A stretch of DNA of 64,000 nt. Source: Phoronis australis (Eukaryota; Animalia; Phoronida). A program made the translations under genes and the position numbers. The notes below the pieces were generated by a model. That model was not told the origin of the DNA. It saw nothing but the letters and a program-made list of their open reading frames with translations, and did not search any database. Position 1 is the first letter of the stretch. Each line of letters opens with the position of its first letter. Shown piece by piece: positions 13,521-45,420 of the stretch. The stretch is taken from positions 231,517-295,516 of the forward strand of contig NMRA01000222.1 in NCBI GenBank assembly GCA_002633005.1. Direction: 5' to 3'.

Positions 13521-14994
13521 GTCTTATTTGCTCTCAATAACTATCTGATGACCAACTTAAGGCCTTTCTGCAAACCCAGTATCTCCCCCGTCTATACTGA
13601 CCAAAACAACTATTTTAGCGGTTACCGCGTAAACACATATTTCCTTAGGAAAAATACAAAATTGACAAACTTCGGAACATCACGTGACTTATAGGATTCG
13701 TATGAAACTTCCAAATACTTTGCTTTTGATACAACGTCAAAAATAAATTCTACAAGTATTCTAATCCCTTTTGCTTTTAAGTAGTTAATTTTAAGTTTTG
13801 CAAATATTTGAATGAATGCAAAGACTTGCTCTGCCAATAAGGTACTACAAATTGCCTTAAAAGTCAAGTCCTTCCACTCAACATAGCGTTCAAAAGCGAT
13901 TATTCTACCATACAACCCAACTTTCAAATCTCGAGATCGATTTACCTCTATAATATCCTTTTAATACGATCACAGTACTATTCATACAATCAACGAATTT
14001 CTTAACGAATGTATCTAAAATGTCTGCTACAATGAGATGAAAACCTCCTTATTTTAGTTGGCGTACGCTCATGGGAAATGTCACCGTATTCACGTAGGTT
14101 TTTTAAAAACAATACAGTCTGCGCTTAATCACAGTACAAAGCGTGATTTTTTTCGCTTGCCTCATTACAATTAAGTCTCAAAAAATTGTTTTTTAACCTT
14201 AAAAAGAGGACCACTATTAAAATGGCGACTGCGTGAATAAGGCGTATAATGCTATTCTGTTGCAGTATTATTCGAGACCCCAAGATGTTTTCCATGTCAC
14301 TGTACGTTATGATTAAAGAAACATAAAATAAACAATCTTTGCGTTTTATTTCCGCCGAGGGGGCTATGTTTTTGCCACCACACGTTTTGCTTGTTTGTGC
14401 ATTTCATGGGGTTTCAGGAGAGGTCATGGTCTTGGGGCTATCAGTTTAGACAATTCGATGCTTCGCGACTTCTGTTAAAGAAAAACGTATTCTTTGGTTT
14501 GGAGAAGGTTTACGATGTTCTCCGAGTATTTAATCACTCTGGCTGTAAAACAATCGCTCGCTATCTTATGATGTAAGACAGAATTTGAATTACCACGTAA
14601 AAAGTTTACGATCGTAAAACATATCTAGTAGTATTATACGAACACAATGATAATTTTCGTGAAAGCGTAGTTAAAGTCAAAAAACATAATTGGCTCTAGT
14701 ATGTTTTTTGAAAATCGAGTCGGTGGCGGGAAATTTTTTAGTTGCTCGCTTTTTCAAAAAAGAAAATCTACCTGAGACCAGAAAAACGATGCCGGGCTTC
14801 TCAGTCTTTAATTATTGCCTGTTAAATAATGGCGCCTCGAACCGTGCTTACCCTTGCTTGCGTGCTCAAGTTTTGTGCAGCTTTTCAAAAAAAAAAGACA
14901 CGAGACCTTGACTGAAATTGATGCACGTCGATTTTCGTGTTTTTTTCTAGTCCGTGAGCACATGTCTCAAAATGAGTCGGGGTCACAGACCAGG

Positions 14995-15428
14995 GCCCGG
15001 TCTCCAATCTTTTTACTCGAAATGGAACTCGAAATTAGGTTTGGCATTTTCCACTCTACTTTTGGGCGAACTCAAGATAATTGTCTATTATTCTATGCTC
15101 GAGTACACAATAACTTACGTACATAATTTATTGCCCTTAGTTCACAGTTTGTAAACCCAATATTAAAGCAATAAGTTCGAGTTTGAACTCGAAATTTCGA
15201 GTTTTTACTCGAGTTTGTAGCACGAATATAAGGGTCTTCAAGGGCAAACTTGAACTAGAAACTCCTGTCTTCAAGAGCAAACTTGAACTAAAAACTCCTA
15301 TGCATAAACTATAATGTATTCGAGCACAGTCTGATAACCAATTATCTTAAGTTCTCACAAAAGGAGCAGAGAAATTGCCAAAAATACTTTTTGAGTTCGT
15401 TTCAAGTACAAAGATTAGAGACCGGGCC
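14995..15428. mobile_element. Long-TIR MITE (GGCCCGGTCTC termini; Harbinger-like, tentative)
   Basis: About 90-bp imperfect inverted arms, flanks CAG/TAG, and an internal ~30-bp tandem duplication at 15236-15298. Confidence 0.65.
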
Positions 15429-15819
15429 TAGAACAAAATGTTTTTTGGAGTAATACATTAGGCCGCTGGTAGTGACGTACATATATCGAGTGTAAGTGAC
15501 AGTAAGTCTAACAGCTACGCTGATGCAGCACAATCTGTAGCATCAAATCTTTTACAACTACGTAATTTGCTTTAAAATACCATCTGTTCTTCAATAACAG
15601 TACCTAGGCGTGTCTTTATGCCAAATAACTTCAAAACTGATTTATCGTTTGAAGCAAAAACGAAAGCATTTATTAATACGTTTATGATAAGATAGCCATA
15701 GAAGCAATAGTTCATTCGGTAAATGGAAGTTGTAGAATTTTTGTTTTATGTTGCCGAGCGACGCGCATTACATATCTAAAATACTGTCAAGGGACAATCT
15801 GAAGTAAATATAGACGCCC

Positions 15820-16599
15820 CTTGGGCGATAATTCACTAAAATCCACTCGATCTCTAGAATACGGGGGATAACGACTAAGAACATGCAATAATCTATTTAT
15901 ACCACATACTGAACGAGAAACATTGCAATGAATCGATCCACCTTTCTCGACTCCCCTCGGCTTTGTAACTACTTTCTGTCAGAGGCCCGGGGTCGGAGGT
16001 CGTGACCTTTTAGAAAAGACGAGTTATTTTTGTCAAATGATGCTTTTACTCAAAACCATTTGAAAATTTAAACAAAAAGGAAAAAGTGAATCTATGAATT
16101 AAGGTTTAGCAACTATTATAGCTCACTACACATTTTATCACGCTAAGCTTTGACCGAGAAAATATCGTCTGCTGAATAGGTTAACACTGGTAACTGAGTA
16201 TAATGCTCAAGTCGAAGGATCCCGACGACACGATACCCGCATTCAAATTGGAGATCGGTGATTTACAAGTGAGAGAAAATGAGAAATAAATTTCACTGAA
16301 TTAAAATATCGTTTTTATGGAACTTATGCGTCTTATTTTTCATAGCGTATAACTGTAGGTACAATGCCTTTTGTTGAACATGTGATTGTTGCACGTGCTC
16401 AAGTAAGTATTCTATTTTCACGTTCGAAGACGTCAACCGCTGAGTGGTGTGGTGGTAAAGTCGACGACTCAAAACTCTTGCGGATCGGGTCCGAAACTGG
16501 CCTCGATTTCCGCCAAAATGTTATCTCACTCGTGAGATAACTAAATGGGTTGTTATACGGTTGTATTGGCCATTCCAGGCTGATATTGTGGTATAAAAT
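15820..16599. repeat. Interspersed repeat with terminal hairpin (Crypton-like non-autonomous element, tentative)
   Basis: Paralog of 25572-25816 + 28460-29040. Internal inverted motif ATTTATACCACA/TGTGGTATAAAT. The superfamily is inferred from structure only. Confidence 0.6.
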
Positions 16600-16909
16600 A
16601 ATTAATACAGATATACATGTATATAATGTTATGAAATTCTCACAGTTCACGCTTATCATTCATATCATTGTCGGTGACCAATCGCGTGAGAGAAGCCGTG
16701 GGGTTAGACAACAAAACTCTAATAGTCTAGACAAAAAGACTGGATATTGTGAAAAGTTATGCTTGTATGATTGGGGTTCATTCTGTGGCCAACGAGTTCA
16801 TAAAATAGAAGAAGGCTCTAGAGCGCCCGAAAATCTCTACTGGCGCCTGTATAAAAATTTTGTCATTTTCACATTTTGAAAGTTGTGAATACATTGAATG
16901 TATCCGAGT

Positions 16910-17045
16910 CAGTGCTGTAGTGGTAAAATTAGAGGTAAGTAGGCGCCCAAAGCCCACCGTATCACCTTGAGCGCTGAACGTAGCTTACGGTGCGTAGGCG
17001 CTATGTTCAAATGCCTACGTGTGCCTACGCCCCACTACAGCACTG
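16910..17045. mobile_element. hAT-type MITE (8-bp TSD family)
   Basis: TIR CAGTGCTGTAGTGG/CCACTACAGCACTG with perfect TSD ATCCGAGT. Confidence 0.88.
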
Positions 17046-17849
17046 ATCCGAGTGGACTAATAAGCATTTCAAAAATACACCATTGCCTTGACAAGCCTTT
17101 GTAAACATGTTAAAATCCTTAACAGTAGATACTTTTTAATTCTAGGCAATATCATTTCTAAATCCAAATCTCTCAGCTAGAGTTTACTGGTGCCTGACTT
17201 AAAAATCTTGCCGACAAAATGGCACGGATGAGTTGAGGACACCCATGATGACACGAATGACGTCGTGACGACGATGATAATTAAGTATGATGATTTGTTG
17301 CTCACCTGAAATCACATCAAACCTTCGTGGACGTTACATGGTTACGTTTACAAGAAATCCCCACTGGTTAGTACGAAAAACCATGACAACTTGTTTTTTT
17401 CGAGAGAAAGTTTGAACTGCGGTTGGGAAAATTAAGTGCGTGCTAGGTCGAGTGCATGTGTCCCCTTGGAGACATACTCTTTCTTATGACATCAAAACGT
17501 CAACTTCACAATGGCGAGAATAATAAGAAACAAGAGTATTAATAAATCTCAAGAGCCCTGACACATTCTATTCTTGTTCAAATTCCAAATAACTGTAGAT
17601 TTACTCCTAGGCAACCTCGTATTTTTTGCTCGTTTGTATAAAATGTTTAACACAATTCCTCTTCATGATGGTCTAGGCATTAAGTTCAATCAAAAGATTT
17701 TCCGTGGTCAAAACAAAACGTTTTCAAGCCCGGCGAAAATTTACACATTTTAAAAAGAAGGCATTTGGTAATAATGTCTTTCTGACTTTACCCACAAGAT
17801 ACATGTAGGATTCGATTGCTAACAAACCTCGAGAACAACAGGCGCATTG

Positions 17850-18219
17850 AACTCGTCCAATAGAGCAACTACTGCACTCAGTAGTATTCATTTATTTCTC
17901 AAATACGTTAAACTTGATACCAAATACAAGATGGAACACTTTCTTAAATTTAGCGCTGGCGCATGCGCAACAATAACATTCCCCATTTCTATTCTTGCCA
18001 CGTGAAAGAATGTCACGCTGTGGTGATTTTTGGTTGTAAAAGGTCTCGGCAAGATAATAAGTAAGCTTGTCAAAACCCCTCTCCCATTTACCCGTTAACT
18101 CGTTCACCGACACAACCGTTAAACGCTGTCACTTTCAACCACGCTTCGTTGCATACCGGAGCTAGGCTGTGGGTAGGACGCCCCAAGGAAGTAGTGGTGT
18201 TTTACAGTGAGGGTTTAAG
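17850..18219 (+). promoter_or_regulatory. Putative ovo proximal promoter/5'UTR with two Ovo-type CCGTTA sites
   Basis: CCAAT near 17857, NRF1-type GCGCATGCGC at 17959-17968, E-box CACGTG at 17999-18004, and CCGTTA at 18092-18097 and 18116-18121, all directly upstream of the SNAG ATG. The TSS cannot be determined from sequence. Confidence 0.55.
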
Positions 18220-36249
<18,030 letters not shown>

Positions 36250-39119
36250 TATTACAGTGTTAATATACTGTAGATGGCGCTTTGATATTGTGCATTTGGG
36301 GAAAAACTTTACAGTGCTTGAAAATATCTTCTTTTTAGATAACAAAGACGTGAATAGTAAATCAAAAAGAGTTTCAACGATTTGCGAAATTGCTGTTCAT
36401 ACTTGAAGGGTTTCGTGGTTTATGCTTAACTTTACCCTGGATTTCGATTTTCTAACTACTGTATGAAAATTATTTAACGTACTCCTTGCAAAACATCAAT
36501 ATAGTTTAGTTGTGGTGCCAAGTAACATAACTTTTCACAGCCGAATTGTATCCGAACGAATGGTTCGGATGATGGTAAAACGTACACAAAGAAATTGTTA
36601 ATTTCATATAGGGGCGTGGTCCGCGATGGTGTTAAGAGGCACGTGAATTAAATTAATAGTTTACTATTTTTGGTGAAAGTCCAAATCTGGAAATATTCAG
36701 AATCCGATTTATTTTCACGTCCAAACACAACACGCAACGAAAACTACTTGAAGAAGTGCTGGCTACCGGGTTGGGTGATTTGAACGTCAAAACTGATGGC
36801 TACCGATGATGAAGGAAATCGACCACGAAAATACATGGCTATGTTCACGCAAGCACATTGCACGAGAAGCACCAGACGCGGCAAATGTCACGCTCCCAAT
36901 TCACGCGTGGTCGCGGCTGCAGGTTACGGGAATGGTCTGATATAACGTGCCCAAATTTTGAGAATCAGTTTTCTCCACTGAGTAACGGGTATCAAACTGG
37001 TTCTCAAAATACGGGCACGTTATACCCGGCTATTGCCGCACGAAGCTACAGCTCACAGGCACCGTGTTGTTTTGGATGCAACGCTCTTATCGGAACAAAG
37101 TTAGATCACTAAAGCTATATTGCAAAAATAATCATTTTGAGAGCGAGCAAGCACACATCCTCAGACGCGAACAATCAAATGCACAATAAGCCTAGGGCAT
37201 TTTCGTAGCCTAAAAATTCTCGAAAGTGAACGTTATCTGCGTACGTACGACCGTCAGTCACACGGTTAATGATTCTCCAGTTTGAAAGTTAAACGACTTG
37301 CCTACATGAATGAAAGCCGCACATGCGCAGACAACTTTCAATAGCGGGAAGAAAGTTGAGGCAACGAAGATACCAGAGGTGTTCCGGATGGCCCCACAAA
37401 CCGTGCGACTTTAGCGAACACAGCAAAAATCATCCAGCACTACGGAAATCGGAGGCAGTGAAATCGTAACGGGAGACAACGCCAATGCAACTCCGCACAC
37501 GATACGACGGCAGCTACATGTACGTGCCGATAAGGTGATGTGGGTGTTAATGTTGTTATAGCAACACTATAATAACTTCGACAGGCTCAGCCATACATCC
37601 TATAGCAAAAGAACTGTGACAACAAAAATAAGGGATTTTTCTAATCAATACTTATGTTGTTTAATCGTATTACTGGTTCATAAAGGTACAGGAGATATGA
37701 ACTAAATGACATCCATACTGTACATATATCCACTTGTATTGTTGATTTCTTTTCACGAACTATAACAACCTGCACAGTTTCGCCATGTTAGTTTTAAAAC
37801 AAAATGTTTTCCATCAACTTAAAGTATTTTAAGACACCTTTCATTGGACAATACTCCCATTACCGCGTGACGTGCCAACAAGAGTTGGTTAGACTTGTAC
37901 ACATGTTTGAGAAAAAATGATCTTAACAGTTGTATAATCGCTTGTATTGTGTGCAATAAGATGTACGATAAGTGTTGGTGATAAAGATGGTCGACATTAC
38001 GTTGCAAAATAAAAATGATTCAAAGCACAGACATTTTTGGCTAACCTGCATGTACAGGTATCTCCCGGCGATGATCAAATGGGATACCAGTAAGAATGTA
38101 GGGGAACATCTATTACACTGGCTAACTGCAACACATTGTAAGCATGGAGAAAACTCAAACAGACTCATAAATATGCTCTCACTTGTACTAACTTGGTTCC
38201 CAGGGCTAACAGTCTGACCTCACTGATATCGTGTGAGGTCTATGTAAAGCGGATAAAAGCGACAGTTGACTGGCTGTAAGCTGGCATTTTTTAACCAGGA
38301 AGTTAGCGTGCGCATTCGAACAAAGTACATGTAAATACATTCGGTAAACCGAACGTCCAATTTCTGTGGCGAGTTAACCCTATAAATTTCGATATTATCA
38401 ACAAACTTAGCTGCAAGGAATGAATCGATTACTTAAACAATGGACTCACATTTTTCACCTGTCATTCTCCAGTTTCACTGTTTGAACACATTTTTTATGA
38501 ATTGAGGACGTTTCTTCAGTAGATTACCAACTTCCATTGTTCAAATGAAATTCCTAACCAAGAGTCGAACATGCATCAGTCTGGTATGGCCAGGTACCCG
38601 CATAAAGTGAGTTTTAGGAATCGGCAACAGTTGCCAATTGACCTATCGCCAGGACTTTGAGTGACGGCTTAACTGACCATTTAGAACTCATCATTATTGA
38701 CACACCTTCGTTTGCAAGCCGCCATTTTATCCGACAAACAACACGTTGCCGGGTAAAATATATTGCTTGTTAGTCGACATTACGCAGGGGGGCGGAGCTT
38801 GCAATATGTCAATTATCTAAATGCTCAACCCCTGATCTTGTTCATGCGACAGCCATTGTTACCCGTATGAATGATGCAGCTGGATCGTCACAGATTAGAC
38901 CGGCTGCAAACTGCACTGTTACTGACGTTCTAAATCAGAACTAGTACAGGTAGTTACTCCTTCAGGTGCAAGGCAGAGCAAAGCATAAAAGTAATGAATA
39001 ACATAAAGTACCGCAGTTTCTTTAATCTCAATAGTTTGATCTTCATGTTCTGACGCCAGTGCCCTAAGGTTGACACAGTATGCAGACCTCAGAACACCAC
39101 AATTTTCAACCCTCCTCCG

Positions 39120-39276
39120 CACTGGGGATTTAGAGGGGGGCCAAGAGCGCCATGGCCCCCCCTAAAATTCTCCCAGATTCCATATTGCATTTCGGGGGTG
39201 CGAATGTCTGACGGGCAAAATCCTGGCTAATACTCTGCCCTCCCCCCCCTAACTCAAAATCCTGGATCCGCCCCTG
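39120..39276. mobile_element. MITE family B, 5-bp TSD
   Basis: TSD CTCCG on both sides; colinear with 27518-27665. Confidence 0.85.
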
Positions 39277-39301
39277 CTCCGGGTGGTCACAACTCTCGAA
39301 C

Positions 39302-39576
39302 CATGCACGCACTCAGGGAGGCGAGCCCCTCCTCCATTTGGCGAAGTCAAGTGGACAAAAAGGAGGTAAGGCACAGATTAACAACAAATCTGAAAAAAAA
39401 ACAGAAAACGAGACAAAAGTCCACTAAAAAGGTAGGAACTACCAAAAATTATTGTTTTTAGTAAAAGGTCCACATTTTATTTTTGTATTTCCTTTTTTAT
39501 TTTATTTTTAGTAAAAGGCCCACAATCTCAAACATTCGAGCCTCCCCCTCCCATTTTTAGGCTGGGTGCGCGCATG
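39302..39576. mobile_element. MITE family C (CATGCRCGCAC termini), 5-bp TSD
   Basis: TIR CATGCACGCAC/GTGCGCGCATG, TSD CGAAC. Confidence 0.82.
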
Positions 39577-39882
39577 CGAACTACACCCATCGCCATGAAC
39601 TTTGCTTCCCATTGTCCTCTTCCACATAGTTGGATCATGTGGCTTGGAGGTGAGGTCCCTGCACAAATCGAGGACCTTAACCCATTCGTAACAGCTTGGG
39701 TATTTTCGTAGCCTCGGAGGAGAATGTAACCTGCGCGTGTGCAGATTCGAACAAGCAGCTCAAACTGGAGAATGATTGGCCCTGTGACTGGAGTTCTCGC
39801 ATACAACGAATACATGTACATTCATTACCAAGGGAATGCGGAACACCTCAAGTATTTTCGTAAACTCAAGTTTCCGCTACGA

Positions 39883-42110
39883 AATGAACCCTGTCCCCGC
39901 GTGCGCGAACTTCAGTCAGCTTATTTTCAACAAAATTGAAAATCACATTATTTTCCATATTACGCAAGTACGCGTACATGCAGATAATGGAAATTTTAGG
40001 CTACGAAAATACTCAAGGTATTCAGATTGCTCCGAGGGGAAATTCGTCGCTGCAGAAATACCAGAGGTGTCCAAATGGGTCCCCAGGTTTACGTTGATGG
40101 AAAACTTAGAACTGGGCTGCACCCTGTGGAATGAACATCCCATCAGAGACACGAGTGTTGCATTCCGAATGTGTCGCTCGTATGGGTGTTTTCTGGCTAA
40201 CAAGTTCCCTGCGAATTTTAATAGAAGCCGGGCTGCTAGCAGCTTTAAGGAATCTAAGAATTCCTTAAAGTTGTTATGATTAATTTTTTATCTGATCTCA
40301 ACTGGTTCCTTAGTGGGTTGGAAGAGCTCAAAGTTTAGTACACTTCGACCCAACGGGTAAAGCCAACTTATTAAACCAGCCTCCAGTTCAGTAACGCTAG
40401 GATCTCGCTAAAAAGCAAGACTTCGCGAGATTACATGAGATATCGCCGTGTATTTTAAATGAGAACACGTGACTTTGGCTAGATTTTAGCTAGGTTCTAT
40501 CCTAGGTCCTACCTAGCGTTACTGAACGCACGCCAGGTCTTAAGCAATAACAAACCTTCATTCCAACCTAAGCCCAGAGACCACCTCTAATCCGAGTAAA
40601 GAACGGTATGACGTCAATCCAAGTAAAGAACAGTATGACGTCAATCTCGGGTTTACAGAGAAGATGGATTTATAGCATCTTTAAAAATAGTTCACGTCGC
40701 GAATTAGTAATTCAAAAGGGCTCATTTTTCAAGACATTTGTGTCTTTTTTCATTGAAACTCNAATGAACCCTGTCCCCGCGTGCGCGAACTTCAGTCAGC
40801 TTATTTTCAACAAAATTGAAAGTCACATTATTTTCCATATTACGCAAGTACGCGTACATGCAGATAACGGAAATTTTAGGCTACGAAAATACTCAAGGTA
40901 TTCAGATTGCTCCGAGGGGAAATTCGTCGCTGCAGAAATACCCGAGGTGTCCAAATGGGTCCCCAGGTTTACGTTGATGGAAAACTTAGAACTGGGCTTA
41001 TACCCACTAATTTTGTCAACTCAAAAAGACCTGGTTACAGGCTGAGAGTTCAATGAAAACGTAGCCCTTCCATAGAGTTTTGTTCCACGAGCAGAAACCT
41101 TTTCTAATGATAATTCCACAAACTTCACCGTTTCGTAGTGATTTTGGACAGCTGACTTCTTCTTAACTACTTAAGCTTGAGGAAGTGATCAGAGGTCAAT
41201 GTTGTCAAAAATGATCTGAGTCTAGCTGCCCAAGTTTTAAAAACATAGATAGTAAAAATCGTTCGTTGACTTTTGTAGCAAGAAAAAATACACTTCGCCG
41301 AGTTTTCAACCCCGAGAGTGCATGTTGTACACTGTATATGTAGGGAAATTTTCATTTTGATAGTAACCTTTGCCAGGCTGACAAGGCACCATTTTGAAGG
41401 GAAACTGGTGGCAAAACTCATTAATCTGATTGTCATGTCCTGAATACACTTTCTATGGGAAATGTTATGCTGCACCCTGTGGAATGAACATCCCATCAGA
41501 GACACGAGTGTTGCATTCCGAATGTGTCGCTCGTATGGGTGTTTTCTGGCTAACAAGTTCCCTGCGAATTTTAATAGAAGCCGGGCTGCTAGCAGCTTTA
41601 AGGAATCTAAAAATTCCTTAAAGTTGTTATGATTAATTTTTAATCTGATCTCAACTGGTTCCTTAGTGGGTTGGAAGAGCTCAAAGTTTAGTACACTTCG
41701 ACCCACCGGGTAAAGCCAACTTATTAAACCAGCCTCCAGTTCAGTAACGCTAGGATCTCGCTAAAAAGCAAGACTTCGCGAGATTACATGAGATATCGCC
41801 GTGTATTTTAAATGAGAACACGTGACTTTGGCTAGATTTTAGCTAGGTTCTATCCTAGGTCCTAGCGTTACTGAACGCACGCCAGGTCTTAAGCAATAAC
41901 AAACCTTCATTCCAACCTAAGCCCAGAGACCACCTCTAATCCGAGTAAAGAACGGTATGACGTCAATCCAAGTAAAGAACAGTATGACGTCAATCTCGGG
42001 TTTACAGAGAAGATGGATTTATAGCATCTTTAAAAATAGTTCACGTCGCGAATTAGTAATTCAAAAGGGCTCATTTTTCAAGACATTTGTGTCTTTTTTC
42101 ATTGAAACTC
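39883..42110. other. Tandem near-identical duplication across the single N at 40762 (probably uncollapsed haplotypes)
   Basis: 39883-40761 vs 40763-42110 differ by a few SNPs and a 473-bp indel. Confidence 0.8.
40376..40538. mobile_element. Small MITE (GTTCAGTAACGCTAGG arms)
   Basis: Inverted arms. Duplicated at about 41728-41888, with an older inverted copy at about 305-445. Confidence 0.65.
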
Positions 42111-42304
42111 TCAACAAACGATCACGAGTACCTTTCAATAATCGTGCCTGTCAAAAAGGCGGGTATTCTGATTTCCAACACTTGTCCTCTTCAAAATAAA
42201 CAGAAAGCATTTCGCGTTAAACGCTCTTAAAATTGTGTCCGCAGTCATTATTTTCATGACCTTAATATGACCTACTATAACTCAATACAGTCTTCCATGT
42301 GACA

Positions 42305-42535
42305 CATGCGCGCACACAGCCTTCAATATGGGGGGCTCGAATTCCTGACTTTGTGGACCTCTTGGTAACAAAAAAGTAGGCGGGCTAAAAAAAGGGTGCA
42401 CCACTGTGAATTACGCGTTTGCGCATGTTTAATGGACTTGTGCCTCATTTTCTCGGACTTTTTGTCTCTTGGAGGCGGACCTTTTTGGCCAGTTCGCCAA
42501 ATGGGGGACCCGAGCCCCCCTTGGGTGCACGCATG
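42305..42535. mobile_element. MITE family C, 5-bp TSD
   Basis: TIR CATGCGCGCAC/GTGCACGCATG, TSD TGACA. Confidence 0.82.
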
Positions 42536-42691
42536 TGACATCATAGACTATAGTGCATGGACCGCCAACTCCGTATACTTTCAATGGACGAAATCTGGGC
42601 TGTTTCGCACAAGCCGTTAAGTCATTATTCACTAGCGTCACCTGGACAAATTATCTGGTGTAATTTCCGGCAAGTACGTCGTCTGCTAATC

Positions 42692-42790
42692 ATGGTCGGT
42701 CGCTGTGTGGCAGGGTGTTCGGCCACACAGGCGAAATGCAAAGGCGTTAGCTTCCATAGCGTACGGAGACCCCATAATCGGCTGTGGGAG
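42692..42790 (+). pseudogene. THAP-domain N-terminal remnant, probably transposon-derived
   Basis: MVGRCVAGCSATQAKCKGVSFH matches the THAP start pattern C-x-A-G-C...GVSFH, then decays. Confidence 0.5.
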
Positions 42791-44707
42791 AAAAACCTTA
42801 TGTCTTGTATAAACGTTAATGAGTTTTTGATTATGGATGTTTTTAAGAACTTCTGGTAGGCCCACTACTAGTACTACCACTACTGACTTAATTCTCACAG
42901 ATATACATTGTTCTTTACTCCTTTATGATGAATATTATCTGGTAATTTTTTGGCGAAAATTGTCGGCTAAATTCTTTCAAAAGATAGTGATTCACGAGCT
43001 CCTATCTTTACGAGGAGCTTCAGCCATAGTCGAGTGTATGAATTAACCAAATTGGTCATCTTCGCTAGCGCTAATCAGGCGGTTACTATCTCAGCACAAT
43101 GCGCACTTTTCGTCGGTATTTGGATCACTGATTTAGCCGATTTATAAATCCGTGTACAAATAAATTGAATGCTGGTAAAACCTTTAACATAAATAAAGAT
43201 CACATTATTACTTCAGAAATAACCAACTGGCCTTCTAAAACTCTATCTCGCAATTCAACAGCAGGTTACACACTCATTTCATGTCGAATGTATGCGGCAC
43301 AAAATCTCTAGACCATCTTAGCCAAGTACATTGCAGTCTATGGAAATACAGCCAACTAACCCGAGTTTCAACTTTGCAAACACAAAACAGGAACACCAGA
43401 GGAGTGTGAAGGTTGTTTTTATTCTTCAATGTTAAATTTTTGTACGCGGACAAATGATTTTTAAATTTCCGCCTTATGTCCTAACATTTCCCAAATTAAG
43501 CCTTTCAAACAAACGTTTATAACAAAAACAACCGGTTTTGTAAAGTCCTATACCACCTCTAGCGTAGGCCTACATAATGAACCAATCCTACTCGTAATGT
43601 AACAAAAGGGCCCCGTGCGTAAAGGATACTGAGAATTGTCTTGAAATATTATGTGAAATGTCAAATCAGATCAAGCGGTTTGGAAGTCCAGTTTTACTTT
43701 TTATGAACTTCAGTTGCACTGCATGCAATCTTTTATGAATTTACCGTAGTTGGCTACAGAGTGGCCCATTTTTATAAAAACTCGCAACTCACACAAATTG
43801 CACCCTATGCAGCTCCAGTTTAGACAGGTATAAATAACGCCACAGATATGGAAGTTCACCGAAACACTTCTACCTTACAGGTGTGAGACATTACCTAGCC
43901 TCAGAAAACTTGAGAACCCGACAAAAATACTAATGATGAAATACCGGTGATGATAATCATCCACTTTGTTAATTTACTTCACCTACACATTTTAGAAATT
44001 GCAGCTAAAATGAAACTCATTCGAATAATCACCACCTGAGTCCCTGGGCCAGCCCCAATGATCATGGCAGAGCCCAAGAAGCCCAAGTTGCGGTCAAATC
44101 AGGATGGGCATAAATAAAGAAACTTACTGTATCAGCAGACTAGCCAAATAAAAATAAGAAACGAAGCGTTGCTACAGCGCACACGGGCACGATAACTGGG
44201 TCTATCATGTGGCGCAAACCTTTCGAAAACACGCTTGATTTTTAGGGAGTCTACTCTTTATATTTTTAAAATGTGTTGCGTTTAATTTATTTTCTGTTCA
44301 ACTCAATGAGGCCACGTAATATAAATGCATTCAAAACGATTAATGCATTGTAAAAATCACGTCATGCTCTATCAACATTAGACATAAGCATGCAGTACAC
44401 CCCTTTCTTAAAAATGGGTTAAAATTTAGAAACAATGGACACAAATTTCCATCACTTGCAACGCCGATTTTCGACATGGATGTTGGGAAGTCCGGTATGG
44501 CGACAGCAACACGAATCGTACCGGCGAAGGCGATGATTTTTAAAATTTGATTCGTTTAGTTGTATGTCTTTTTCCCTACGGTTCAGGATTACTTGTGGAT
44601 CCAAGAACAAGAACTGTTCGAGGCAGGGTTCGTGATAACGTTGGTGAACGGTAACAAAGGTGTTACAACTGTCATCGATAATGTCATCTTGTCTGTTTGC
44701 ATCCAAC

Positions 44708-45420
44708 CTTTGTAATTTGATTTGATTTAACGTTGATACATTTTGACAAACGCTGCTACAAAAAAGAAACTTTGTTGAATTTTCACGTTTTTGTGCAACA
44801 AATATTAGGAATATTCTAATTATTTTACTGTGAATTTCCCATTCAGGTGATATCCCAGTCGGCTAAAAAATAGTTGAAATATCTTTGAAATGGTTTTTTT
44901 GACAGTCAACTGCTCTTCAAGGCTTGATTATGTGTCACAAAACGATTCATATTTCTCTAATTTTTTTGGCTAAATTGTACTTTGAAGTCGTGTTTTGTAA
45001 CTTGTTGCTTTCTTACTTCAGGTTCAAGGCAACAATATGAGGAACCTTAATTGGAAAAATAGGCTAAGTTGGATTGTGAAGCTTCAAACCTCCAATCCTT
45101 GTTCCCTGCAACTTCTTAAATCTTGCTTGTCGAATTGTGGTGTAAGGAAACACTGTTTGGTCGCCATGGTAATAGTTATATGGGCACTAGTTGGATATAA
45201 TGGACCCTGATTTAGAGAACCTGTCCAGTTTCATCCACTAAATAAGGGACCATTTTTTAGTGATTGCATGGTTCTCTAAACCAGGGTCCATGATATCCGA
45301 CTTGTCCGCATGTCCAATTTCATAGGAAAATTTGTGCTGTTGGATAAGGTTTGTAATGCTTAAATGTAACTAAAGTACATTCTTTGTTACTTACGGTAAA
45401 AGGTTGAATCTTTTGGCTTA
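44708..45420 (+). mobile_element. Internal fragment of Kolobok-type family A, interrupted by a palindromic MITE
   Basis: Aligns by eye with 26705-27310 and 3075-3160. Confidence 0.75.
45182..45309. mobile_element. Small palindromic MITE
   Basis: About 40-bp imperfect inverted arms (..GGATATAATGGACCCTGATTTAGAGAACC / GGTTCTCTAAACCAGGGTCCATGATATCC..). Absent from the paralogous host sequence at about 27185. Confidence 0.7.

Noticed and set aside
36255-36262. CAGTGTTA miR-141/200a-type seed match after the ovo stop codon
   Set aside because: A single site only about 6 nt from the stop, the 3'UTR extent is unknown, and it is expected by chance.
39836-42199. Repeated 80-180 aa ORFs suggesting a tandem gene family
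   Set aside because: They lie in repeat DNA duplicated across an assembly join and have no recognisable domain.
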